Shown here: in pieces, positions 15,001 through 28,504 of the stretch | How the letters are laid out: each line of letters starts with the position of its first letter | Position numbering within the stretch: the stretch's first letter is position 1 | From: Yuukianura sp. NJ FZ-2021 | Taxonomy: Eukaryota | Direction: 5' to 3' | Length of the DNA stretch: 64,000 bases | NCBI GenBank assembly: GCA_046563655.1 | Contig: CM102287.1 | Span: 620,001 to 684,000 of the forward strand | The notes under the pieces: model-generated | Told to the model about the DNA's origin: nothing | Seen by the model: the letters and a program-made list of their open reading frames with translations, nothing else | Databases searched by the model: none | Made by a program: the position numbers and the translations under genes

Positions 15001-18000
15001 ACATTAGAGGCTTGGCAGGGTTGTGGGTGTTGCTATAACTTCAATGTAACCTTTGCATGTATTGTTGGCCATGATTTTAGTAAAGCATTTATTCCAAAGC
15101 AAATTGTGCTGATATTTGCCATCGTTACCAACTGGGAACAAATCCATCAAATATACCTTTGTCATTTTTGAAAAGTGCCTACTTTTGATATTAAGTTGCG
15201 TTGAGTTACTTAGCATACCTATTCGTAAGAAGTATTTATAATGTCAAGCAACTAATTAGTCTCATAGGCAAGATAGAGCTACATATTTGCAAAGCATCCA
15301 GTAATGGGGCTCTCGATACTGGTGTTTACATTTAGAGCCCCATGATTTCACTACAGTAAATAGCTATCCCCCTAAGGTATCTGATGAAGGTTTCTCATCT
15401 TGGAGCCCTAACATTAGAGGCTTGGCAGGGTTGTGGGTATTGCTATAACTTCAATGTAACCTTTGCATGTATTGTTGGCCATGATTTTAGTAAAGCATTT
15501 ATTCCAAAGCAAATTGTGCTGATATTTGCCATCGTTACCAACTGGGAACAAATCCATCAAATATCCCTTTGTCATTTTTGAAAACTGCCTACTTTTGATA
15601 TTAAGTTGCGTTGAGTTACTTAGCATACCTATTCGTAAGAAGTATTTATAATGTCAAGCAACTAATTAGTCTCATAGGCAAGATAGAGCTACATATTTGC
15701 AAAGCATCCAGTAATGGGGCTCTCGATACTGGTGTTTACATTTAGAGCCCCATGATTTCACTACAGTAAATAGCTATCCCCCTAAGTTATCTGATGAAGG
15801 TTTCTCATCTTGGAGCCCTAACATTAGAGGCTTGGCAGGGTTGTGGGTATTGCTATAACTTCAATGTAACCTTTGCATGTATTGTTGGCCATGATTTTAG
15901 TAAAGCATTTATTCCAAAGCAAATTGTGCTGATATTTGCCATCGTTACCAACTGGGAACAAATCCATCAAATATACCTTTGTCATTTTTGAAAAGTGCCT
16001 ACTTTTGATATTAAGTTGCGTTGAGTTACTTAGCATACCTATTCGTAAGAAGTATTTATAATGTCAAGCAACTAATTAGTCTCATAGGCAAGATAGAGCT
16101 ACATATTTGCAAAGCATCCAGTAATGGGGCTCTCGATACTGGTGTTTACATTTAAAGCCCCATGATTTCACTACAGTAAATAGCTATACCCCCTAAGTTC
16201 TATGATGAAGGTTTCTCATCTTGGAGCCATAACATTAGATGCTAGGTGGGGTTGTGGGTATTGCTATAACTTCAATGTAACCTTTGCATGTATTGTTGGC
16301 CATGATTTTAGTAAAGCATTTATTCCAAAGCAAATTGTGCTGATATTTGCCATCGTTACCAACTGGGAACAAATCCATCAAATATCCCTTTGTCATTTTT
16401 GAAAACTGCCTACTTTTGATATTAAGTTGCGTTGAGTTACTTAGCATACCTATTCGTAAGAAGTATTTATAATGTCAAGCAACTAATTAGTCTCATAGGC
16501 AAGATAGAGCTACATATTTGCAAAGCATCCAGTAATGGGGCTCTCGATACTGGTGTTTACATTTAGAGCCCCATGATTTCACTACAGTAAATAGCTATCC
16601 CCCCTAAGGTATCTGATGAAGGTTTCTCATCTTGGAGCCCTAACATTAGAGGCTTGGCAGAGTTGTGGGTGTTGCTATAACTTCAATGTAACCTTTGCAT
16701 GTATTGTTGGCCATGATTTTAGTAAAGCATTTATTCCAAAGCAAATTGTGCTGATATTTGCCATCGTTACCAACTGGGAACAAATCCATCAAATATCCCT
16801 TTGTCATTTTTGAAAACTGCCTACTTTTGATATTAAGTTGCGTTGAGTTACTTAGCATACCTATTCGTAAGAAGTATTTATAATGTCAAGCAACTAATTA
16901 GTCTCATAGGCAAGATAGAGCTACATATTTGCAAAGCATCCAGTAATGGGGCTCTCGATACTGGTGTTTACATTTAGAGCCCCATGATTTCACTACAGTA
17001 AATAGCTATCCCCCCTAAGGTATCTGATGAAGGTTTCTCATCTTGGAGCCCTAACATTAGAGGCTTGGCAGGGTTGTGGGTGTTGCTATAACTTCAATGT
17101 AACCTTTGCATGTATTGTTGGCCATGATTTTAGTAAAGCATTTATTCCAAAGCAAATTGTGCTGATATTTGCCATCGTTACCAACTGGGAACAAATCCAT
17201 CAAATATACCTTTGTCATTTTTGAAAAGTGCCTACTTTTGATATTAAGTTGCGTTGAGTTACTTAGCATACCTATTCGTAAGAAGTATTTATAATGTCAA
17301 GCAACTAATTAGTCTCATAGGCAAGATAGAGCTACATATTTGCAAAGCATCCAGTAATGGGGCTCTCGATACTGGTGTTTACATTTAGAGCCCCATGATT
17401 TCACTACAGTAAATAGCTATCCCCCTAAGGTATCTGATGAAGGTTTCTCATCTTGGAGCCCTAACATTAGAGGCTTGGCAGGGTTGTGGGTGTTGCTATA
17501 ACTTCAATGTAACCTTTGCATGTATTGTTGGCCATGATTTTAGTAAAGCATTTATTCCAAAGCAAATTGTGCTGATATTTGCCATCGTTACCAACTGGGA
17601 ACAAATCCATCAAATATACCTTTGTCATTTTTGAAAAGTGCCTACTTTTGATATTAAGTTGCGTTGAGTTACTTAGCATACCTATTCGTAAGAAGTATTT
17701 ATAATGTCAAGCAACTAATTAGTCTCATAGGCAAGATAGAGCTACATATTTGCAAAGCATCCAGTAATGGGGCTCTCGATACTGGTGTTTACATTTAGAG
17801 CCCCATGATTTCACTACAGTAAATAGCTATACCCCCTAAGTTCTATGATGAAGGTTTCTCATCTTGGAGCCATAACATTAGATGCTAGGTGGGGTTGTGG
17901 GTATTGCTATAACTTCAATGTAACCTTTGCATGTATTGTTGGCCATGATTTTAGTAAAGCATTTATTCCAAAGCAAATTGTGCTGATATTTGCCATCGTT

Positions 18001-21000
18001 ACCAACTGGGAACAAATCCATCAAATATCCCTTTGTCATTTTTGAAAACTGCCTACTTTTGATATTAAGTTGCGTTGAGTTACTTAGCATACCTATTTGT
18101 AAGAAGTATTTATAATGTCAAGCAACTAGTTAGTCTCATAGGCAAGATAGAGCTACATATTTGCAAAGCATCCAGTAATGGGGCTCTCGATACTGGTGTT
18201 TACATTTAAAGCCCCATGATTTCACTACAGTAAATAGCTATCCCCCTAAGTTATCTGATGAAGGTTTCTCATCTTGGAGCCCTAACATTAGAGGCTTGGC
18301 AGGGTTGTGGGTATTGCTATAACTTCAATGTAACCTTTGCATGTATTGTTGGCCATGATTTTAGTAAAGCATTTATTCCAAAGCAAATTGTGCTGATATT
18401 TGCCATCGTTACCAACTGGGAACAAATCCATCAAATATCCCTTTGTCATTTTTGAAAACTGCCTACTTTTGATATTAAGTTGCGTTGAGTTACTTAGCAT
18501 ACCTATTTGTAAGAAGTATTTATAATGTCAAGCAACTAGTTAGTCTCATAGGCAAGATAGAGCTACATATTTGCAAAGCATCCAGTAATGGGGCTCTCGA
18601 TACTGGTGTTTACATTTAGAGCCCCATGATTTCACTACAGTAAATAGCTATCCCCCTAAGGTATCTGATGAAGGTTTCTCATCTTGGAGCCCTAACATTA
18701 GAGGCTTGGCAGGGTTGTGGGTGTTGCTATAACTTCAATGTAACCTTTGCATGTATTGTTGGCCATGATTTTAGTAAAGCATTTATTCCAAAGCAAATTG
18801 TGCTGATATTTGCCATCGTTACCAACTGGGAACAAATCCATCAAATATACCTTTGTCATTTTTGAAAAGTGCCTACTTTTGATATTAAGTTGCGTTGAGT
18901 TACTTAGCATACCTATTCGTAAGAAGTATTTATAATGTCAAGCAACTAATTAGTCTCATAGGCAAGATAGAGCTACATATTTGCAAAGCATCCAGTAATG
19001 GGGCTCTCGATACTGGTGTTTACATTTAGAGCCCCATGATTTCACTACAGTAAATAGCTATCCACCCTAAGTTCTATGATGAAGGTTTCTCATCTTGGAG
19101 CCATAACATTAGATGCAAGGTGGGGTTGTGGGTATTGCTATAACTTCAATGTAACCTTTGCATGTATTGTTGGCCATGATTTTAGTAAAGCATTTATTCC
19201 AAAGCAAATTGTGCTGATATTTGCCATCGTTACCAACTGGGAACAAATCCATCAAATATCCCTTTGTCATTTTTGAAAACTGCCTACTTTTGATATTAAG
19301 TTGCGTTGAGTTACTTAGCATACCTATTTGTAAGAAGTATTTATAATGTCAAGCAACTAGTTAGTCTCATAGGCAAGATAGAGCTACATATTTGCAAAGC
19401 ATCCAGTAATGGGGCTCTCGATACTGGTGTTTACATTTAAAGCCCCATGATTTCACTACAGTAAATAGCTATCCCCCTAAGTTATCTGATGAAGGTTTCT
19501 CATCTTGGAGCCCTAACATTAGAGGCTTGGCAGGGTTGTGGGTATTGCTATAACTTCAATGTAACCTTTGCATGTATTGTTGGCCATGATTTTAGTAAAG
19601 CATTTATTCCAAAGCAAATTGTGCTGATATTTGCCATCGTTACCAACTGGGAACAAATCCATCAAATATACCTTTGTCATTTTTGAAAAGTGCCTACTTT
19701 TGATATTAAGTTGCGTTGAGTTACTTAGCATACCTATTCGTAAGAAGTATTTATAATGTCAAGCAACTAATTAGTCTCATAGGCAAGATAGAGCTACATA
19801 TTTGCAAAGCATCCAGTAATGGGGCTCTCGATACTGGTGTTTACATTTAAAGCCCCATGATTTCACTACAGTAAATAGCTATACCCCCTAAGTTCTATGA
19901 TGAAGGTTTCTCATCTTGGAGCCATAACATTAGATGCTAGGTGGGGTTGTGGGTATTGCTATAACTTCAATGTAACCTTTGCATGTATTGTTGGCCATGA
20001 TTTTAGTAAAGCATTTATTCCAAAGCAAATTGTGCTGATATTTGCCATCGTTACCAACTGGTAACAAATCCATCAAATATCCCTTTGTCATTTTTGAAAA
20101 CTGCCTACTTTTGATATTAAGTTGCGTTGAGTTACTTAGCATACCTATTTGTAAGAAGTATTTATAATGTCAAGCAACTAGTTAGTCTCATAGGCAAGAT
20201 AGAGCTACATATTTGCAAAGCATCCATTAATGGGGCTCTCGATACTGGTGTTTACATTTAAAGCCCCATGATTTCACTACAGTAAATAGCTATCCCCCTA
20301 AGTTATCTGATGAAGGTTTCTCATCTTGGAGCCCTAACATTAGAGGCTTGGCAGGGTTGTGGGTATTGCTATAACTTCAATGTAACCTTTGCATGTATTG
20401 TTGGCCATGATTTTAGTAAAGCATTTATTCCAAAGCAAATTGTGCTGATATTTGCCATCGTTACCAACTGGGAACAAATCCATCAAATATCCCTTTGTCA
20501 TTTTTGAAAACTGCCTACTTTTGATATTAAGTTGCGTTGAGTTACTTAGCATACCTATTTGTAAGAAGTATTTATAATGTCAAGCAACTAGTTAGTCTCA
20601 TAGGCAAGATAGAGCTACATATTTGCAAAGCATCCAGTAATGGGGCTCTCGATACTGGTGTTTACATTTAGAGCCCCATGATTTCACTACAGTAAATAGC
20701 TATCCCCCTAAGGTATCTGATGAAGGTTTCTCATCTTGGAGCCCTAACATTAGAGGCTTGGCAGGGTTGTGGGTGTTGCTATAACTTCAATGTAACCTTT
20801 GCATGTATTGTTGGCCATGATTTTAGTAAAGCATTTATTCCAAAGCAAATTGTGCTGATATTTGCCATCGTTACCAACTGGGAACAAATCCATCAAATAT
20901 ACCTTTGTCATTTTTGAAAAGTGCCTACTTTTGATATTAAGTTGCGTTGAGTTACTTAGCATACCTATTCGTAAGAAGTATTTATAATGTCAAGCAACTA

Positions 21001-22177
21001 ATTAGTCTCATAGGCAAGATAGAGCTACATATTTGCAAAGCATCCAGTAATGGGGCTCTCGATACTGATGTTTACATTTAGAGCCCCATGATTTCACTAC
21101 AGTAAATAGCTATCCCCCCTAAGTTCTATGATGAAGGTTTCTCATCTTGGAGCCATAACATTAGATGCAAGGTGGGGTTGTGGGTATTGCTATAACTTCA
21201 ATGTAACCTTTGCATGTATTGTTGGCCATGATTTTAGTAAAGCATTTATTCCAAAGCAAATTGTGCTGATATTTGCCATCGTTACCAACTGGGAACAAAT
21301 CCATCAAATATCCCTTTGTCATTTTTGAAAACTGCCTACTTTTGATATTAAGTTGCGTTGAGTTACTTAGCATACCTATTTGTAAGAAGTATTTATAATG
21401 TCAAGCAACTAGTTAGTCTCATAGGCAAGATAGAGCTACATATTTGCAAAGCATCCAGTAATGGGGCTCTCGATACTGGTGTTTACATTTAAAGCCCCAT
21501 GATTTCACTACAGTAAATAGCTATCCCCCCTAAGTTATCTGATGAAGGTTTCTCATCTTGGAGCCCTAACATTAGAGGCTTGGCAGGGTTGTGGGTATTG
21601 CTATAACTTCAATGTAACCTTTGCATGTATTGTTGGCCATGATTTTAGTAAAGCATTTATTCCAAAGCAAATTGTGCTGATATTTGCCATCGTCACCAAC
21701 TGGGAACAAATCCATCAAATATCCCTTTGTCATTTTTGAAAACTGCCTACTTTTGATATTAAGTTGCGTTGAGTTACTTAGCATACCTATACGTAAGAAG
21801 TATTTATAATGTCAAGCAACTAATTAGTCTCATAGGCAAGATAGAGCTACATATTTGCAAAGCATCCAGTAATGGGGCTCTCGATACTGGTGTTTACATT
21901 TAGAGCCCCGTGATTTCACTACAGTAAATAGCTATCCCCCCTAAGTTATCTGATGAAGGTTTCTCATTTTGGAGCCCTAACATTAGAGGCTTGGCAGGAT
22001 TGTGGGTGTTGCTATAACTTCAATGTAACCTTTGCATGCATTGTTGGCCATGATTTTAGTAAAGCATTTATTCCAAAGCAAATTGTGCTGATATTTGCCA
22101 TCGTTACCAACTGGGAACAAATCCATCAAATATCCCTTTGTCATTTTTGAAAAGTGCCTACTTTTGATATTAAGTTG
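1..22177. repeat. Satellite DNA array, 410/411-bp monomer, ~54 copies (continues left of window)
   Basis: Near-identical head-to-tail copies; identical ORF-track entries recur every 410-411 bp; length varies mainly at a C5/C6 tract. Confidence 0.99.
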
Positions 22178-22522
22178 TGTTAGAAATATGAGACTCTTGT
22201 ATGGGAGGAGCCTGAAGGGCTCTAATTTTAAAATAGCATTTTTGTCGGTTAGGTTTCTTTTGTATTTGATTTTTGTTCAGAAATCCTAACCTTTTGTGTG
22301 TGTAATGAGTTAAGTGGATAGGAAGAAGTGGAGCCGTTAGGAGCTAAGTTTTTTGCGCTCTCACTTCATTGGTGTACTTTGATTGATTCGAATAATTAAA
22401 ATTAATAATCATTTACACCTTCCGTCTTCTTCTCTGAGTTCTTTGAGTTCTCAATTAATTGATTAACGGATACTCGGACCGGAGGTCGAGTAGTCCACAT
22501 TTGAAAGTCAGTACTTTTAATA
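22178..22522 (+). repeat. 5' LTR of BEL/Pao element (345 bp)
   Basis: TGTTAGAAAT...TTTTAATA; matches 28163-28504 except a 3-bp indel and about 2-3 substitutions. Confidence 0.95.
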
Positions 22523-22729
22523 TTTGGTGACCCTTTGAGCGGAGGTAACAGACAGCCGTAGGAGACTACAGGATCGGATCAAGTTCATCATTCAACTTCT
22601 GTCCTGCCACTTTGTGGGCCCTACCCTGAGCATTCGGGGGTACTTAAGGTAAATACGTTCCGGTTATCTTCTAGAAAGTTACCGTTTACTAATTCAGTAC
22701 TTTCTGCTGAGTTATTTTAAGGTCCAAAG

Positions 22730-25700
22730 ATGACTAACAAAGTTCGAGAGAGGGGAGTTCATCGTCGTCAACTTACTAATTTGACCAATGAAGTCAACGC
22801 TATCCTCGCTACGCCAGTTCCAGATCAGATCTTACTCCACGTCAACTTGGAAATGATGGACAACGAAATGGAGAAGATTCGTGACCTGGACACTGAAATT
22901 TTCAATGCTCTGATGGCTAAATCAGATGTCACTGACGAAGCACTGGATGAAGAGAAGAAGAGTGTGGCTGAGTACGAGAAGAAGTATCTCACCATCAAAT
23001 GCAGCATCCTGAGATCAGCTGCTCGTGACACTCCAATTTCCGCCTCCAGTACTCACTCGGAAAGTGGCGATAACCACTCAAAGAAGAAATACAAGTTACC
23101 CAAGATATCAATTAAGAAGTTGGATGGGGACTTGAGGGAGTGGCTTGGATTTTGGGCACAATTCGGCAAAATTCACGAAGATCCAGATATCGACGAGGGA
23201 GACAAGTTCCAGTATCTTTACCAGTCTACTGTCGAAGGATCGAAGGCTCGTGACGTAATTGACAGTTTCCCACAATCAGCAGCAAACTACCAAAAGGCGA
23301 TCGAGGAACTGAAAAGGCGATTTGGCAGGGAGAAACTTTTGAAACAAGTCTACGTCCGTGAGTTACTTAAGATGGTAGTCGAAAATTCAATTCAGGGACG
23401 TGACAAAGTTACTCCACTCAAAATTTATGATCGACTTGAAACTCACCTTCGTGCACTTGAGTCTTTAGGTGTTACCAGTGACCAAACCGCTACATTTCTT
23501 TATCCCATGGTGGAATCCAGTCTGCCTGACGACATTATCACCGCATTTCAACGTAGCAGTAACTACGGTCGAGATGGATCCAAAGACTCACCACCACAGA
23601 ACGAGCTTCAATTCCTCATGACCTTTCTCAGACACGAGGTCGAAGGCGAAGAACAACGAAGTTTGGCCAAAAGTGGATTCGGAATCACTTCAAGTAATTC
23701 GAAAAAGCCATTCAAAAATGAACGCAAGGGTGTTCCGGCTGAATTGAGCGAAGAGATGCCGACCGCTGCAGGATTATTTTCCGGTCAACAACAGAAGTCA
23801 AATCTTTGCCTGTTTTGCGACAAACCTCATGAAACTCAAAATTGTTTCAAGGCTCAGACTCTGACCTTGGAAGAAAGAAGAAGCCGAATTCAAGCCAAGA
23901 AAGCATGTGGACAATGTTTCAAGGTGGGGCACTTTGCGAAAAATTGCAGAAAAGCAGTCAAGTGCTTCATTTGCCAAAAGAAACATCCCACTGTCATGTG
24001 TGCAGATGTCGGCAACAATAAGAAGAAGGAAGAGAAGACAAATGAATCTACACAGTCAGCATTTTCCAGTCTGGACTGTTCAAACCGTGTCATTCTCCAG
24101 ACTCTTCTTCTCAATGTTTGGAGGCAAGGGAAACGTCACAAGGTTCGAGCAATCATTGACAGTGGATCTCAACGCTCCTACATCTTAAAATCAACGGCGG
24201 AGAAGCTGAATTTGAAACCAACAGGATCAGTTCAACTCCGTCACATTCTTTTTGGCTGCTCAACAGAAAGTCGAACACACGCCAGTTACGAAGTCAACCT
24301 GGAGGGGACACAGAATCAATTCAAAAAAGCCATCAGCGTTCTGGACCATGACCAAATCTGCGGAAATATTCCACGTTTGTCAGCTGGTGCATGGATTCAA
24401 GAACTGAAGGACAAAAACATTTGGATTGGTGATCTAGGAAGCGGAACCCCAGAGATAGAGTTGTTACTCGGCGCTGACGTTTATGGTTCTTTGCTTACAG
24501 GCCGAGTTGAGCAGTTGAGCAATGGAATTTCAGCAATCGAAACCAAGTTTGGGTGGACATTAGTAGGAGCTCTCAATTCACAGTCAACCGTGGGTATGAC
24601 TGTCACCTCTCTACTCGTATCCAACTTCGAAGTTTCAAAATTATGGGAACTTGACGTTCTCGGCATTCAAGACCCGGCAGTGGATCAGTCCAAGGAGGAG
24701 AAGGAGGAATTGGCCTTGACCCAGTTGAAATCTACTGTTTCTCGCTCCGGAGATGGACGTTACGCAGTCGCACTACCGTGGATCGGAGGCGTACAAACAA
24801 TTCCTGACAATCGTTTCGTGGCAGAAAAGAGACTCTACAACACGACTGCCAAGTTGAGGTCAAAGGGTATGTATAATTTGTATGACCAAGTTTTTCAATC
24901 CTGGCTACAGGAAGGAGTCATTGAAGTGGTTCCGGATGCTGAAATCAAAAACAATGCATACTACCTTCCACATCGTGCAGTCATTAAGCCTGAGAGCCTC
25001 ACCACACCGATTCGTCCAGTATTCGACGCTTCTTGTCGTAGCGGTCGTTCACCATCACTCAACGATTGTTTGGAGAAAGGTCCAAACCTACTGGAACTTC
25101 TACCAACCATTCTGATGCGATTCCGTCTCAAGAAAATTGGAGTAACAGCGGACATCAGAAAGGCCTTCCTCATGATTGAAGTTCAGAAGAGTGATCGGGA
25201 CGTTCTGCGATTTTTATGGTGGGAAAGTGATAACAGTGAGCGACAAGTGACATTTCGACACAAGAGAGTGGTGTTCGGAGTAAATTCGAGCCCATTTCTA
25301 TTCGCCGCTGTGATCCAGTACCACATCTCTCAAATTCAAGATCATCGGAAACAGTCGGCACTTCATTTACTCCGTGGTCTTTACGTAGACAATTGTGTCA
25401 CTTCCATGGACTCCGTGGAAGAATTACAAAAATTTAAATTTGAATCCACTGAAATTTTAGGGGAGGCCAAGATGGAGCTTAGGCAGTGGGCGTGTACTGC
25501 TGTGGAGGGTTCCAGAGTCGGCTCGTCCACTGGCGATGAGTGCGGATTGGAACCCGGCAGTAGTCACTCCTACAAGTTAACTGCCACTCCAGTACTTGGC
25601 TTGAAGTGGAATCTAATCTCAGACACTTTATTTTCTGATTTTCAGGAGAGTGATCCACCAGAAAAAATTACAAAACGGGTCATTCTCTCCAGTGTACAGA

Positions 25701-28046
25701 AAATTTTCGATCCCATTGGATACTTGTGCCCAGTTCTAGTTCTTCCAAAAATGATTCTCCAGGAAACTTGGACATGCAAAGTTGGATGGGACCAGGAGCT
25801 TCCTGAAACGTTCTGCTCAAGATTTATGGCATGGTGGGAAGATCTACGAGCCACGAGAGTGAAATTCCAAGAAATGTGACGGGGGGAATCTCAAACCAGT
25901 CAACTTGGCAACTACACTGTTTCTGCGATGCTTCTAAACTGGCTTTCGCGGCAGTCGTCTTCCTGAGATGTGAAAACGAACGTGAAGTCAGCGTCAATTT
26001 ACTCCAAGCAAGATCCAGGGCTGCACCAATCAAGTCAGTTTCAATTCCTCGCCTCGAACTTATGGCATGTCTCATCGGGGCAAGGCTGACGAAGTCGGTA
26101 GCAACCGCCTTGGATTTGTCTTCAATCAAAACTACGTTCTGGAGCGACTCCTCTACTGCTTTGGCATGGATACAGGGAGACAACAGTTGGGGAACGTTTG
26201 TTGGGAATCGTGTAAGGGACATTCTAAAAATTACCAATTCAGAGGATTGGCGTTTCGTTCCAGGCACCTTAAACCCAGCAGATTTGCCTTCAAGGGGATG
26301 CTCGGCAACCGAACTACAAAAATTCAAATGGTGGGAAGGACCCGAATGGCTAAAAGAGAAGAAGGAGCACTGGCCGAATTCAAGTTTCACTCCAGATCAG
26401 GATTTGGTGAATGTGGAACTCAAAAAGTGCAGTGTCACATCGGCAGTTGCTACAGAAGTTGTCACTCCGTGGTTCCTCAGAAGATTCTCATCACTTAAGA
26501 AAAACATCAACGTCATGGGATTCATCCATCGTTTCATTCAAAATTGTACTAGTCCAAAGGACAGAAGAATCGATGGCCCCTTGACGATTCCAGAAGTGGA
26601 AAAAGCGGAACTCAGAATCGTGAAACTAGTCCAGTCAGAAGCATTTCCGGAGTCAGGAGACATAATTAAAGGAATACACATCATTCGTGATGCTGACGGT
26701 CTCCTCAGACTCAAAACAAGACTTCTGGAGCGTGACGACACAATTGGTTTCCGACTACCACTAATTTTGCCAAATTCTCATTTATTTACTGATCAGCTGA
26801 TTCGAGAAGTTCATTTGGAAAACAGTCACGGAGGAACTCAGTTTCTCATTTCAAGACTCCGTGAGAAATTCTGGATCTTCCAGATGAGACGGGCAGTCAG
26901 CAAGATTGTTTCAAGATGTGTCAAGTGTCGTCGCTTTCAATCAAAACCATACGCCGACACTGGACTACCAACATTGCCTGGAGCACGAGTGAACACTACC
27001 AAAGTGTTTGAAGTGACGGGAGTGGACTTAGCAGGTCCTATGTACCTCAAGGGTGGTGACAAGGTTTGGATCCTACTAGCCACTTGTGCAGTCTACCGTG
27101 CTGTTCATCTGGAGCTACTAACGTCACTCAGCACAGAATGCTTCATCTTGGGCTTCCAGAAATTCATCAACAGAAGAGGACGTGTCAAAACAGTCTACTC
27201 CGACAATGGGACGAACTTCCGTGGAGCAGACAACCTCTTTGCAAAACTCGACTGGGTCCGAATACAAAAAGAATTCGAAGTAAAACGGATCCAGTGGATA
27301 TTCAATCCTCCAGCATCTCCGTGGTGGGGTGGATTTTGGGAGCGGCTGATCCGATCAGTGAAGGATATCCTCAAAAGAATTTTGGGTAAACGAGTACTGA
27401 ATTATGAACAATTGCTAACTTGCTTGTGTGACGCAGAAGCAGTTGTCAATTCTCGTCCCCTAACCTGTATCACTGAGGACTCCGAAGATCTGATCGCCTT
27501 GACACCAGCAATGTTCCTGCAAGAAATCACAGAAGTTCAGTTCCCAGAAGTTGATCAAGTCACACCGAAGGAACCTGAACTACAGAAACAATTCCGTCAT
27601 CTAACCCGTGTTCGTGAGGAGATCAAGTCCAGATTCAGAAAGGAGTACTTGTCTCTTCTGGTTCAACGTGGGAAGGAAAAGAAGATGAGGGAAATCAAGA
27701 TTGGCGACATTGTCATCATCGGGAGTGACGATGTGAGGAGACTCGTGTGGCCATTGGCAAAGGTCATCGAAATCATCCCGGGAAAGGAGGAGTCAAGCGT
27801 GTCGTCAAAGTGAAGACTGCAGTGGGAACCTTACTCCGCTCCATTCAACGTTTATACCCACTGGAAGTGTCACTGGATCTACCGGAAGTAGCTGCGATGC
27901 CACTACAAGAAGCTGCAACTGAAGTCGAAGTGGAACCGCAGAAGAAACTGACGACTGTTGTGGAAGAAGAATCTCCGATCGAAGAGAAGGTCGTCACTAC
28001 TCGTCGTGGTAGAACCATTAGACAACCGCAAAGATACGGCCAGTAA
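22730..28046 (+). pseudogene. gag-pol: BEL/Pao gag-pol polyprotein with two frameshifts (~25850, ~27790)
   Basis: Gag KLPKISIKKLDGDLREWLGFWAQF; three Cys/His knuckles; protease IIDSGSQRSY; RT ADIRKAF/YVDN; RNase H FCDASKLAFAAV; integrase GVDLAGP, SDNGTNF, PWWGGFWERL; C-terminal WPLAKVIE/VKVKT split over ORFs 22730-25879, 25831-27813, 27747-28046. Confidence 0.95.
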
Positions 28047-28162
28047 TTTCTGATTTGAATTTTTGTATAATTTGATTAATTTTCCATTCATTTCATTAAT
28101 TGACTAATTTAGTTTTAACCTTTAATTGTTTCTTTAACTCCCGTCAAAGAAAGGTGGGAAGA

Positions 28163-28504
28163 TGTTAGAAATATGAGACTCTTGTATGGGAGGAGCCTGA
28201 AGGGCTCTAATTTTAAAATAGCATTTTTGTCGGTTAGGTTTCTTTTGTATTTGATTTTTGTTCAGAAATCCTAACCTTTTGTGTGTGTAATGAGTTAAGT
28301 GGATAGGAAGAAGTGGAGCCGTTAGGAGCTAAGTTTTTTGCGCTCTCACTTCATTGGTGTACTTTGATTGATTCGAATAATTAAAATTAATAATCATTTA
28401 CACCTTCCGTCTTCTTTGAGTTCTTTGAGTTCTCAATTAATTGACTAACGGATACTCGGACCGGAGGTCGAGTAGTCCACATTTGAAAGTCAGTACTTTC
28501 AATA
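28163..28504 (+). repeat. 3' LTR of BEL/Pao element (342 bp)
   Basis: Direct repeat of 22178-22522 preceded by PPT. Confidence 0.95.

Larger units (their letters stand above)
22178..28504 (+). mobile_element. BEL/Pao LTR retrotransposon, full length, inserted in the satellite
   Basis: Paired LTRs 22178-22522 and 28163-28504; 5-bp TSD AGTTG (22173-22177, 28505-28509); PBS-like TGGTGACCC after 5' LTR; PPT AAAGAAAGGTGGGAAGA before 3' LTR; Pao-type polyprotein. Confidence 0.97.
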
